Of a stretch of 54,190 nucleotides of DNA, positions 1 through 8,202 are shown one piece after another; within the stretch, counting starts at the first letter, position 1; each line of letters opens with the position of its first letter. A program made the translations under genes and the position numbers. The DNA comes from a virus (lineage: Duplodnaviria > Caudoviricetes): positions 1 through 54,190 of the IMG/VR virus record IMGVR_UViG_3300031605_000003, one strand, 5' to 3'. The notes under the pieces were generated by a model that did no database searches, was not told the DNA's origin, and saw only the letters and a list, made by a program, of their open reading frames with translations.

Positions 1-2
1 GG

Positions 3-365
3 CTCTGCTACTTGAATTTTTGCTAGTGCTGTATCGGCAATCGTTGTTGCTGTTGATATTGACGAAGTTAATACTGCTTTCCAAACATCGTCGCCCTCGT
101 TCCAGTAGAATGCCGCATTATTAGAACCATCTCGCTCTATCATTATACCAGAGTCGATATCAGCACCTGAGGAATTTCTGTTTAAAAGTAATGAGGAATC
201 TTCAACGCTTAAAGATGATGTATTCAATTCAGTTCGTGTACCATCAACAATTAAATCACCCATAACTCTTGTTGATTTTGAGTCTAGAAATACGGTATTT
301 GTACCACCAGCACCAATCCCGGTTTTTATAGTATAATCACTTGATGTACGTAAAGTCTTTGCCAT
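3..365 (-). CDS. Virion structural / fibre-associated protein, partial (runs off the window start)
   Basis: Not in the ORF track. ATG at 365 opens MAKTLRTSSDYTIKTG...GDLIVDGTRTELNTSSLSVEDSSLLLNRN...AAFYWNE. The GDLxVDG..T..NTS.LSVED..LNRN segment recurs in fibre protein 49077..50702. Preceded by TATAAATA. Confidence 0.75.
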   Translation of the reverse strand, partial: MAKTLRTSSDYTIKTGIGAGGTNTVFLDSKSTRVMGDLIVDGTRTELNTSSLSVEDSSLLLNRNSSGADIDSGIMIERDGSNNAAFYWNEGDDVWKAVLTSSISTATTIADTALAKIQVAE

Positions 366-372
366 TTGCTAT

Positions 373-380
373 TATTTATA
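373..380 (-). promoter_or_regulatory. T4-type late promoter TATAAATA
   Basis: Exact T4 gp55 consensus, 7 nt upstream of the ATG at 365; the window encodes a gp55-like sigma. Confidence 0.8.
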
Positions 381-382
381 TA

Positions 383-414
383 AAGAAAGGAGGAGCGTTG
401 AACTCCCCCTTCTT
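383..414 (-). terminator. Intrinsic terminator after the 443..868 gene
   Basis: Minus strand AAGAAGGGGGAG-TTCAACG-CTCCTCCTTTCTTT stem-loop with pyrimidine tail. Confidence 0.65.
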
Positions 415-442
415 ATTCTTATAAGCACGTGTCTAGTGACTA

Positions 443-868
443 TTACTCAGCTACTATATCTATATTACCTTTACCTGATGCAATTGAACCCGCGATATCA
501 GTTCCTAATGTGTAAGGAACTGTACCTGTGGCACCTGCCCCAGTTACATAGTGTACTGTACTATTGTAGAATTTTTCTACATAAGCCACAGTAGAGTCAT
601 CTAATGTGATTTGTACACAGAATTGGTTTGATGTATTAAGTAGTGAAGCTGGTGCTACTGCTTTTAATTCATAAACGCCTTCAGATGAATCTTCTAAGTG
701 AATCTTGAATAATTTTGATCCTCTTTGAGATACAACGTATGCTGTTGTTGAACTAACTAAAGATCCACCACTTGGTCGATATCCAGTTACTGCAATTTTA
801 CCAGAAAGGTCACCACCGAATGCGCCTGAGGCACCCGACATTTTTGATTTCTTGATTGGTCTTCCCAT
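443..868 (-). CDS. Hypothetical protein, probably virion/head-associated
   Basis: 141 aa, MGRPIKKSK start, AGGAGA SD, late promoter upstream, just downstream of the capsid gene. Confidence 0.6.
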   Translation of the reverse strand: MGRPIKKSKMSGASGAFGGDLSGKIAVTGYRPSGGSLVSSTTAYVVSQRGSKLFKIHLEDSSEGVYELKAVAPASLLNTSNQFCVQITLDDSTVAYVEKFYNSTVHYVTGAGATGTVPYTLGTDIAGSIASGKGNIDIVAE

Positions 869-880
869 TTGTTTTCTCCT

Positions 881-961
881 GTTCAGAGCCTAATGTGAGT
901 TCTACTCACTACGCGGTTAATTCCGCATAAGTCTCTACTTGTTGTAGAGCTCTGTTTGAAC
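881..961 (-). ncRNA. Candidate structured 5' leader RNA (four-way junction)
   Basis: Closing stem GUUCA..CAGAGC / GCUCUGAAC encloses three hairpins: UCUAC-AACAA-GUAGA, UAUGCGG-AAUUAA-CCGCGUA, GUGAG-UAGAA-CUCAC. It lies between a late promoter and the SD. Confidence 0.6.
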
Positions 962-967
962 TGTATG

Positions 968-975
968 TATTTATG
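968..975 (-). promoter_or_regulatory. Late promoter variant CATAAATA
   Basis: 7/8 match to TATAAATA, 6 nt upstream of the structured leader. Confidence 0.65.
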
Positions 976-988
976 ATTTTAGCAAGGT

Positions 989-1028
989 AAAGAGTGGAGT
1001 AAAATTAGTAGTAGTTACACCACTCTTT
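989..1028 (-). terminator. Stem-loop downstream of the 1055..1288 gene (probable terminator)
   Basis: Inverted repeat AAAGAGTGG(A)GTAA / TTAC(A)CCACTCTTT; short U tail. Confidence 0.5.
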
Positions 1029-1054
1029 CCGGTTAACGTATATTAAGATTTATA

Positions 1055-1288
1055 TTATTTTCTATTGTAGATATGATATAAAATCCATACTGCTACTAAA
1101 CCAATCAACCCTTGATCAGAAAAGCCTTGTAGTACACCCTGAATATTTCCTATTACAGAAACATTTGGCCAGAATGGTACATTTTGACCTTTGAAAAGAA
1201 TTTCTAAAACAATTCCTAACGCTATAAGTGAAACACCTACATCAGCTAAAGATTTTGCCCATCCTTTTATTTTCATTGCGATATCCAT
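1055..1288 (-). CDS. Small membrane protein
   Basis: 77 aa with two hydrophobic segments (VGVSLIALGIVLEILF; GLIGLVAVWILYHIY); GGGAGG SD upstream. Confidence 0.75.
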   Translation of the reverse strand: MDIAMKIKGWAKSLADVGVSLIALGIVLEILFKGQNVPFWPNVSVIGNIQGVLQGFSDQGLIGLVAVWILYHIYNRK

Positions 1289-1310
1289 ATTGAGGACCTC
1301 CCTTTGATTA

Positions 1311-1328
1311 AAGTTCCTTAAGGAACTT
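1311..1328. promoter_or_regulatory. Perfect 18 bp palindrome AAGTTCCTTAAGGAACTT (operator or leader hairpin)
   Basis: Exact inverted repeat between a minus-strand CTAAATA box (1334-1340) and the SD of the 77 aa gene. Confidence 0.5.
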
Positions 1329-1437
1329 AGAATTATTTAGAAGTATAATCTACAAGTAAAACTATACTATTTGGTTTATGAAGAGTATGAATACGAAAAT
1401 ATTTTTTTATATATGTATAGAAAGAAAATATAGTCAC

Positions 1438-1464
1438 AAAAAAAGGCGACATAAAGCCGCCTTT
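1438..1464 (-). terminator. Intrinsic terminator after the major capsid gene
   Basis: Minus strand AAAGGCGGC-TTTAT-GTCGCC followed by a T-run. Confidence 0.9.
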
Positions 1465-1489
1465 CTTTGAAAATAAAATAAGCCTGGGC

Positions 1490-2662
1490 TTATTTGAATT
1501 TTAAGTTTCCTGAAGTGATCGCTACTTTTCCAACGTAATCAGCCGCATTACCAAGAGATGATGCAGTGTTTGTTAACTCTACATAGCCATATCTTGTTAA
1601 GAAGCCAACAACTGGTTCGAAAGTTGCAGGATCAAGTACAACGCCTGAAGACATTAAAGGAATGTAAGGACAATAAAACGCTGGTGCGTCTGCCTCACTT
1701 GCTCCTTTATAGCCAACTAAAACGTCGGTTGCGTCCACGGCATATGCGTCAACGTATACTCTCATAGAAGCATTTAACGTACCAACAAATTTAGTGTTAG
1801 TAGGTGCTTCGAAAGTACCTTCAGTTGATCTAGCAAATGCTGATGTTGTAGCAGATTGAAGAATAGTTAAAGCAGTTGGAGAAACTACTGACCAGTTTCC
1901 AGCTCCTCTTCTAGTTCTTGTAGCAATCTGGTTAGCAACTCTGTTGATTAACACAGCCAAAGCCGCGTGTTCGTCACCAACGAATGTTGCAGTACCTGAT
2001 ACAGCCGCTTGGTCAAAAGTTTCAGTAGCTGTTCCAGCCAATGTTCTTAATGATCCAATAACTTCTTGGTCGATCTCAGCCGTAATTTCTTGAGCTAATG
2101 CCGCCATGATTTCTGCTTCTACATCTATACCTTGTTGTGCTTGAGCATCTTGAGCCGCTTCAAAAGTCCATCTAGCTGATAGTTTTCTAGATTTCGCTTC
2201 TACCGGTTGTTTCAAGATCTGGATTGAAAGTCTGTTTCCAGCCGTACCCTCTTTAGCCGCTGTTGTAGCCGCCTTAGGTGTACTTTCATTTTCATTACCA
2301 GAGTAAGCTCTTGCAATTTTGAATGGAGATAATGCTTCTTCACCTGCTGTCGTGTTCGACGCAACTGTGTCTGCATATCTTATTCTTAGTGTGTGAATCT
2401 GTCCAACCGGACCAGTCATTGGTTGTACACCAACGATCTCGTTCGCTATAACAGTAGGCATAACCCTACGTATTACTGGAAGAATCACTCTGTTTAGAGT
2501 AGCAACGTTACCGGCAGATGTAGCACCTGCAGTAGCTTGTTCTGACAAGTATCTTTTAGTATTTTCTAAAATAACACCCATCACTTTTTTCTTGTTGCCG
2601 TCTAAACCTTCAGTTAGGGCTGATTTAGTTTCGCCCCATTTAGATTCAAATATTTCTGACAT
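1490..2662 (-). CDS. gp23: Major capsid protein (T4 gp23-like)
   Basis: Motifs IRRVMP..IANEIVGVQPMTGPVGQI, SRKLSARWTFEAAQD, EITAEIDQE, FYCPYIPL, TFEPVVGFLTRYG. Confidence 0.97.
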   Translation of the reverse strand: MSEIFESKWGETKSALTEGLDGNKKKVMGVILENTKRYLSEQATAGATSAGNVATLNRVILPVIRRVMPTVIANEIVGVQPMTGPVGQIHTLRIRYADTVASNTTAGEEALSPFKIARAYSGNENESTPKAATTAAKEGTAGNRLSIQILKQPVEAKSRKLSARWTFEAAQDAQAQQGIDVEAEIMAALAQEITAEIDQEVIGSLRTLAGTATETFDQAAVSGTATFVGDEHAALAVLINRVANQIATRTRRGAGNWSVVSPTALTILQSATTSAFARSTEGTFEAPTNTKFVGTLNASMRVYVDAYAVDATDVLVGYKGASEADAPAFYCPYIPLMSSGVVLDPATFEPVVGFLTRYGYVELTNTASSLGNAADYVGKVAITSGNLKFK

Positions 2663-2688
2663 TTGTATCTTTCCCCTTTAGTTTATAA

Positions 2689-3756
2689 TTATATACCCGC
2701 CAAGTGACGAATATCTGTTAAATCAGCATCTTCTCTAACGTTACGTCCACCTTTTGCTTCTGTCATAACTTTTGGAGTTTTAACAGTTGCTACTGGTGTA
2801 TCGTTCATAACGTGTGGTAGATACTTGTTAAATGAAGCTTCAAGTTTAGCTGTTGAAACTGATTCCAACAATTGACTCATTACTTCACTTTTCTCTTTGC
2901 CCAATGGTTTGAGCATCTCAGCCATCTTTTCCTTGCGTTCCATCAAATCTGCTTGTTTTTTAGACTTCGCATTAATTGATTCAATCACCGCTTCTTTTTC
3001 ATTGACAGCCTTCTCCGCGTCTGCTAATTTTAGAGTTGTTTCATCAACAACTTTCAAAAGTTTGCTAGTTTCAGATTTCTCATTTAAGTAAGATGCCTGA
3101 TACTCGCTCGCAAATGCTTCGAATATTTTTTTGCCGAAGTTGACAGTTCTTGCTTTTGTGATGTCTTCTTTTAACGTGCTTAATTCTTCAGCAAGTTTTT
3201 TATTCACAGCAGATTCTACAACTTTAGCAGATTTAGTTATGAAAGCTTCTTTCATCTTAGCCATTTGTTTTTTGGCTTCGGCTACTAGTTTAACTTTCGT
3301 TTCCACAACGCCTTTTTTGTCTTCATGGAATTCTTTGATTTCTTTTGCAAGAGCGTTTACTACAAACTCTTCCATTTTACCAAAGTTTTCATGAACACCT
3401 TTACGGTCGCCATGTAGTTCTTTTAACTCTTCTGACAATTTAGTAAGAACGAATTCTTCTAATTTGGCAGAGTGTGAGCCTACGTTTTCTTTGTAGGATA
3501 TTTTTTCTTGTGCAAGTGCTTTTCTATCTTCTATAAATTTAGAGATTTCTTCGCTTAACTTTTCAGACATCATTTTATCGATTGCTTCGATCATGTTGCC
3601 TTTATCGTGTTCGTATCTTTTAGCAAATTCTTCTCTTAATTCAGCACCTATTGTTTCTTTATTTTCTTTGATTTTCGATTCCCAAGCTTCTTGGATGCTT
3701 TTATTAACATCTTCTGAAATTGCTCCAGACTCTACTAGTTTTGATATATCAAACAT
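2689..3756 (-). CDS. gp22: Prohead core scaffold protein (gp22-like)
   Basis: Glu/Lys-rich coiled coil between protease and capsid genes; ends IRHLAGI. Confidence 0.8.
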   Translation of the reverse strand: MFDISKLVESGAISEDVNKSIQEAWESKIKENKETIGAELREEFAKRYEHDKGNMIEAIDKMMSEKLSEEISKFIEDRKALAQEKISYKENVGSHSAKLEEFVLTKLSEELKELHGDRKGVHENFGKMEEFVVNALAKEIKEFHEDKKGVVETKVKLVAEAKKQMAKMKEAFITKSAKVVESAVNKKLAEELSTLKEDITKARTVNFGKKIFEAFASEYQASYLNEKSETSKLLKVVDETTLKLADAEKAVNEKEAVIESINAKSKKQADLMERKEKMAEMLKPLGKEKSEVMSQLLESVSTAKLEASFNKYLPHVMNDTPVATVKTPKVMTEAKGGRNVREDADLTDIRHLAGI

Positions 3757-4385
3757 TATTTTAGGTCCTTTATTATATTGGTTAATGCCTCTTTGAGGTA
3801 TTTTTGTGCTTTTGCGTCATTTCTAACTTCAGCCGCCAGTCCCTTCGCCTTTAATCCACCTTTTGTGTTTAAAAGATGTTCATAAATTGGCGTTGGATAA
3901 GCACCCGGTGCCGAAGGTTGGGCCACAACATCAACTGTTATGATCTCAAAGTCTGAAACTTCGCCGTTACCGTACTCTGACATATTGCCAGAGCCACGAG
4001 AACTAACTCCAAGTTTCACACCTGATTCCAACATTGTCTTGACAAGTTGGCCCATCGGTGTTGGCAAAACTTTCATTTTGCCGTATCCATTTGGTCCGTC
4101 CATCCACATTTCTGTAATCATGTGAGACACACGGTCCAAATTAATTTTTAAATCGTCTGGATGATCTACTTCTCCTAGAACAGAATAACCAGAACTAATC
4201 TGGTCATTAAGAGTTTTTACTGCTTTTCCTATTTCATTAACAGGATAAACTCTTTCATTAGCATTTTTAATCCCACCTTGAATACAAATGCCTTTCATAA
4301 ACAAATCTTTGCCTTCTTTTCCTTCGTGCAAGACCTGTATTCTGGCTTGATTAAATGATAACTCTTCTCTAAGATATACTGACAT
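3756..4385 (-). CDS. gp21: Prohead maturation protease (gp21-like)
   Basis: NANERVYP, LGEVDHP, TPMG, GVSSRGSG, DVVAQPSAPGAY motifs. Confidence 0.95.
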   Translation of the reverse strand: MSVYLREELSFNQARIQVLHEGKEGKDLFMKGICIQGGIKNANERVYPVNEIGKAVKTLNDQISSGYSVLGEVDHPDDLKINLDRVSHMITEMWMDGPNGYGKMKVLPTPMGQLVKTMLESGVKLGVSSRGSGNMSEYGNGEVSDFEIITVDVVAQPSAPGAYPTPIYEHLLNTKGGLKAKGLAAEVRNDAKAQKYLKEALTNIIKDLK

Positions 4386-4425
4386 CTGACAATCCCTTTT
4401 TTGTTAAATCAACAACTGCTAACAA

Positions 4426-5448
4426 TTACTTGCCGGCTACTGGTGATTTCGCAGATTTATCTGAACCATCTTTTGAATCAGCTTTCTCTTGCTTCTTAAA
4501 TGAAGTAGATTTAGCTTTTCCACCTGTGTTCTCAAAATCGCCTGCTATTTTGCCTGCTGTTGGTGCCGCTCTTCCTGTGTCGTCTGCGCCTGAACCTGTT
4601 TTAACAGGAGTTCCGCCGCCTTTGGCTCCACCTTTACTTGCAACTGGTGATTTTGCACTTTTATCATCTCCGCCACTCATGTCGCCTTTAACTGGATTTT
4701 TATATTCTTTCACAGTTTCTTTTGTTTCTTTAGCGTCTTTGGCTTCAAATGGTAATGGTTGTGCAGTTGTTTCTGCTGGGACAACTGGTGCTAAAGCATT
4801 TTCTTCTGCTTCTCCACCGTTTTTGTCATTCATCATTGCTTCGAATTCTGCTTTAAGTTCGTCTAAAGCGTTTTCTAAATCAACAACTCTGTCTTCAACT
4901 TCGCCTTCTTCACCGTTTTCACCGTTTTCAGAATCAACATCCATGTCAGTTGCCATATCGTCGGCCGCCGCATCGCCTTCACCGTCTTGGTCAGCTGAAA
5001 TATCTTTGATTAATTCATCAGTAGCGTCGCCACCAACTTCTTCAATCGTTTCTTCAGATGATTTTTGAGGTGCAACCTGAGTAGGTGCTGTTTTAGTAAA
5101 AACACCTTCATCTTTAATTTTTTCTTCTGCAGGTTTGTCGTCAGTTTCTTTAACTGCTTCTTTAGTGTCTTCAGCTTTGTCTTCAACTTTTTCAGCTACT
5201 ACTTCTTCTGTAGCTTCTGTTTTGCTGTCTTCTTTAGTTTCTTCTTTAGTTTCTTCTTTAGTTTCTGTTGTAACAGTTTCTTGAGCTACTGGCGTTTCCG
5301 CTGTTGCTTCTGAGTCTGCTAAACCTTCGTAGATGTCTCTAGACTTTTCTACTACTATTTCATGAAATAATTGTTCTGCTTTGTCAGTTTCTTCATTGAC
5401 TAAAAGCTCTAACAACGATTCAAATTTATTTTGTTTTTCGTTTGACAT
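4426..5448 (-). CDS. Acidic low-complexity head/prohead-core protein
   Basis: Very E/D-rich, with ETKE repeats and DKSAKSPVA twice; lies in the head module. ATG at 5448 is preferred given the AAGGAG SD spacing. Confidence 0.6.
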   Translation of the reverse strand: MSNEKQNKFESLLELLVNEETDKAEQLFHEIVVEKSRDIYEGLADSEATAETPVAQETVTTETKEETKEETKEDSKTEATEEVVAEKVEDKAEDTKEAVKETDDKPAEEKIKDEGVFTKTAPTQVAPQKSSEETIEEVGGDATDELIKDISADQDGEGDAAADDMATDMDVDSENGENGEEGEVEDRVVDLENALDELKAEFEAMMNDKNGGEAEENALAPVVPAETTAQPLPFEAKDAKETKETVKEYKNPVKGDMSGGDDKSAKSPVASKGGAKGGGTPVKTGSGADDTGRAAPTAGKIAGDFENTGGKAKSTSFKKQEKADSKDGSDKSAKSPVAGK

Positions 5449-5549
5449 TTGCACGTGCTCCTTTATTGTGGCAAGTTTACTTATAAGTGTTTGTATTTAC
5501 GTTTAAAACACAAAAGGTGCCTATATTTGGTGAAAAACCAATCTTTTGG

Positions 5550-6173
5550 TTATTTTTTTATTGTGATGTTGAATTTAGCTAAAAAATCGGGGGTTATAAT
5601 AGTAGATAAGTTGTCTTGCCACAATAAATCTTTAGGAGCAAACCAATCTTTAGGTATTATACGAATAAATTTTGCATCTTTAAAATCTAGTAGGCACCTC
5701 TTCGTTTGACTCATCCAGTTGCCATAGAAAGTTGCTTCTTCTGTGCCTTTTTTATAGTTACGAGTATCTTTAAACAAATTATTAAATTTATTCAATGATC
5801 CACCGTTAACGTTAAACCCTTTATAATCAAATCCTAACATATAAATTTCTGTAAAGCCTTGCTCCAGTGCTAATCTCAATGCTGTTGGCCCAGAACTCCA
5901 ACCTAAGCTAGGTTTAAACCATTGTACATGATCTAATATTTTTTGATTTTTGTCGTATTGCACATTATAATTTGAATACACTTTATTATGTACAACATAT
6001 TCGGTCTCACCAATCTCTAACATCATTTTAGGATCTACAGCAACCAAAAAATCTGGTCGCTCAGTTCTATATACACCGTTACAGGCAAACACTGTACCGT
6101 GTTTTTTTAAGTCTTCTATTTGGATTCCTTTTCGGGATTCGCCATTTCCTAATACAAAGGCTGTATTAGACAT
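5550..6173 (-). CDS. DUF115/MptE/Maf-like (sialyltransferase-like fold) protein
   Basis: AFVLGNGESR, ACN, PDFLVAVD, WSSG..AL, IYMLGFD motif series. Confidence 0.65.
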   Translation of the reverse strand: MSNTAFVLGNGESRKGIQIEDLKKHGTVFACNGVYRTERPDFLVAVDPKMMLEIGETEYVVHNKVYSNYNVQYDKNQKILDHVQWFKPSLGWSSGPTALRLALEQGFTEIYMLGFDYKGFNVNGGSLNKFNNLFKDTRNYKKGTEEATFYGNWMSQTKRCLLDFKDAKFIRIIPKDWFAPKDLLWQDNLSTIITPDFLAKFNITIKK

Positions 6174-6415
6174 TATATCGCTAAATCGTCTGTCTCTGCC
6201 GGTTGTCCGTACATCTTTTGTACAAATACGGCTTCGTCTTTTTGTTGTGAATCGTGTTCTTCTGAAGCTAATCTCATTGAATTAATATCAGAAAGTGTAA
6301 GTCTTGTTTTTCTTGTGTCGTCTTTATCTAATATGGAGATATCCTGATCAGGATCGTAAGTTTTATCTTGCTCAAACCCGTCTTCTCCGTATGTAAAAAA
6401 TTCGTTCAGTTTCAT
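6173..6415 (-). CDS. Head-module hypothetical protein
   Basis: 80 aa (MKLNEF...DTRKTRLTL...MYG); TTAAATA 5 nt upstream; follows the portal gene. Confidence 0.7.
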   Translation of the reverse strand: MKLNEFFTYGEDGFEQDKTYDPDQDISILDKDDTRKTRLTLSDINSMRLASEEHDSQQKDEAVFVQKMYGQPAETDDLAI

Positions 6416-6429
6416 ATTCGTATTTAACC

Positions 6430-8163
6430 TTAAATCTGTCCGCCGCCACCTGAGCCACCTGGTATAGTTCCACCACCTCCTGGTGTTGTTCCTGGTCCTC
6501 CTGGGTTTGGTGTTCCTGGTGCTGGTACTTCTGGGTCAGCTGTTGGCTCTTCAAATTGGTCTAGATCTGAAGTAATGCCCGATTGTGAAACTCCGCCACC
6601 TCTTAATTGTGACTGTTTACTTTGTTTACCTTTAGGTATAGCATTTTCTTCTGCCCAAAGATCGGCATTTCTTGCCATTTCTTCTTCACTTAATCCTAAA
6701 TATCTTTTTAACGCAAATCTTTTTGACATATATGGTAGTTCTGCTACCTGTGTAAATGTACCTACCCTACTTTGATCCATTTCAGTTTGTCTATAAGCCG
6801 CAAAGTTTTGTGGTGGGTTAAGTTTTAGTTCAAACATACCGTTGTCAATGTTGTAACCTTTACTTTTAATCCATAATTTAAATTCTGAATCAAATGTTTC
6901 CTTTAACATTGATTGTAATCTTGCACAATACTTGTTAAATCTTAATTCCTGTATGTAAGCAGTTCCAACTCTACCATCATTGTATTGTTGTCCACCATCT
7001 TCTGCGCCTGTTGGCAAATATGAACTTGGAATTCTTAATCCTCTAAACAATTTGTTTGTAAAAAATCTTAAATCGTCTATTTCACCTAAATTAGTACCAC
7101 CCGGTAGTGTATCAACTTTAGATCCTCTTCCTTCTGCTGTTTGCGGAAAGAAATAATCCTCATTAATGCTCATAGGGTTATATGTTGCATCAATATAGTT
7201 GACACCACCTGATGTGCTTGGAATTCTTCTTTGATTAATTTCGTTTTTAACTCTCTCAACGAATTGCATAGCCAAGTGTGTTGGCATATTACCTACGTCG
7301 ATATAAAATACCCTTCTTTCAGGTGCTCTTTGAACCCTGTAAATGATAATTGCATCTTCTAATAATTCTTTTTGTTTGTAAACTTTGAAAACTTGTTCTA
7401 ATACTGATTGTCCAAAAGGAAATAAGTTATCTAACCCATCTGACATTGACATATGGATAACGTTTTCTGCACCAATGGCATATTGATTCATTGTTCTATA
7501 AAATCTACCACCTGTTGCTCCAGCAAATCCTGACATATCAGATCCTCTACCAGCACCTGCATAACTTTGTGAGTACGCCGCAGTACCGCCACCTGTAGTT
7601 CCGCTACCACCAAATGTTTGATTTGGTGTTATTGACGTTACAGATAATTTTTGTAAGTTTGGATTAATATCTCTAATAACATATTGTTCAGGTTTTTTAC
7701 CCTCGGATTCGTTTACAATAATTCTATCTATTTTTGAAGCATCCATGTACAACCATTTTAATGTTTCTGGATCTCTTACAAAGAAACAATCTCCATATTT
7801 TAAAGCGTTTCTAAAAATTCTAAAAATTCTTTTTGAGAATTGGTTGGCGCTGGTCCACTGTTGTAATGCTTTCTTTAAAAGTTTTACTTCATGTTCAGTT
7901 GTTTCATCTTTAAAAACTAAATCAAAAGGTGTTTCATTTTCTGTATTAGATTGTGTAGAAAATTCTGCAAGAATATCTAGTGCCGCATTAATTTCTGAAT
8001 CTGAATCCATTTGATCATATTGAAAATATCTTTGAATTCTGTTAGGGTGTCCTGTATATACATCAGGTAGATATGATGAATAGTTTCTTTTTGCAAAGTT
8101 TGGTACTTTTTCACCAGATATTGGCGATAAGTTTGCGTCTCTAAAATATTTTTTCCAAGCCAT
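6430..8163 (-). CDS. gp20: Portal vertex protein (gp20-like)
   Basis: LLEDAIIIYRVQRAPERRVFYIDVGNMP, EDYFFP, TLPGGTNLGEIDD, LRIPSSYL hallmarks. Confidence 0.97.
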   Translation of the reverse strand: MAWKKYFRDANLSPISGEKVPNFAKRNYSSYLPDVYTGHPNRIQRYFQYDQMDSDSEINAALDILAEFSTQSNTENETPFDLVFKDETTEHEVKLLKKALQQWTSANQFSKRIFRIFRNALKYGDCFFVRDPETLKWLYMDASKIDRIIVNESEGKKPEQYVIRDINPNLQKLSVTSITPNQTFGGSGTTGGGTAAYSQSYAGAGRGSDMSGFAGATGGRFYRTMNQYAIGAENVIHMSMSDGLDNLFPFGQSVLEQVFKVYKQKELLEDAIIIYRVQRAPERRVFYIDVGNMPTHLAMQFVERVKNEINQRRIPSTSGGVNYIDATYNPMSINEDYFFPQTAEGRGSKVDTLPGGTNLGEIDDLRFFTNKLFRGLRIPSSYLPTGAEDGGQQYNDGRVGTAYIQELRFNKYCARLQSMLKETFDSEFKLWIKSKGYNIDNGMFELKLNPPQNFAAYRQTEMDQSRVGTFTQVAELPYMSKRFALKRYLGLSEEEMARNADLWAEENAIPKGKQSKQSQLRGGGVSQSGITSDLDQFEEPTADPEVPAPGTPNPGGPGTTPGGGGTIPGGSGGGGQI

Positions 8164-8168
8164 AATTT

Positions 8169-8197
8169 ATTTTACACTTTTTTGTAGCAAATAACAA
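8169..8197 (-). promoter_or_regulatory. Possible sigma70-like promoter of the portal gene (leaderless)
   Basis: TTGTTA-17 nt-TAAAAT, 5 nt before the ATG; AT-rich context weakens the call. Confidence 0.35.
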
Positions 8198-8202
8198 GTC
8201 AT

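Noticed and set aside
881-961. Cloverleaf as a true tRNA gene
   Set aside because: No GTTCRA T-arm, no 7 nt anticodon loop, no D-loop GG and no CCA.
5225-5275. Tandem tctttagtttct repeats
   Set aside because: They encode ETKE low-complexity repeats within the acidic head protein.
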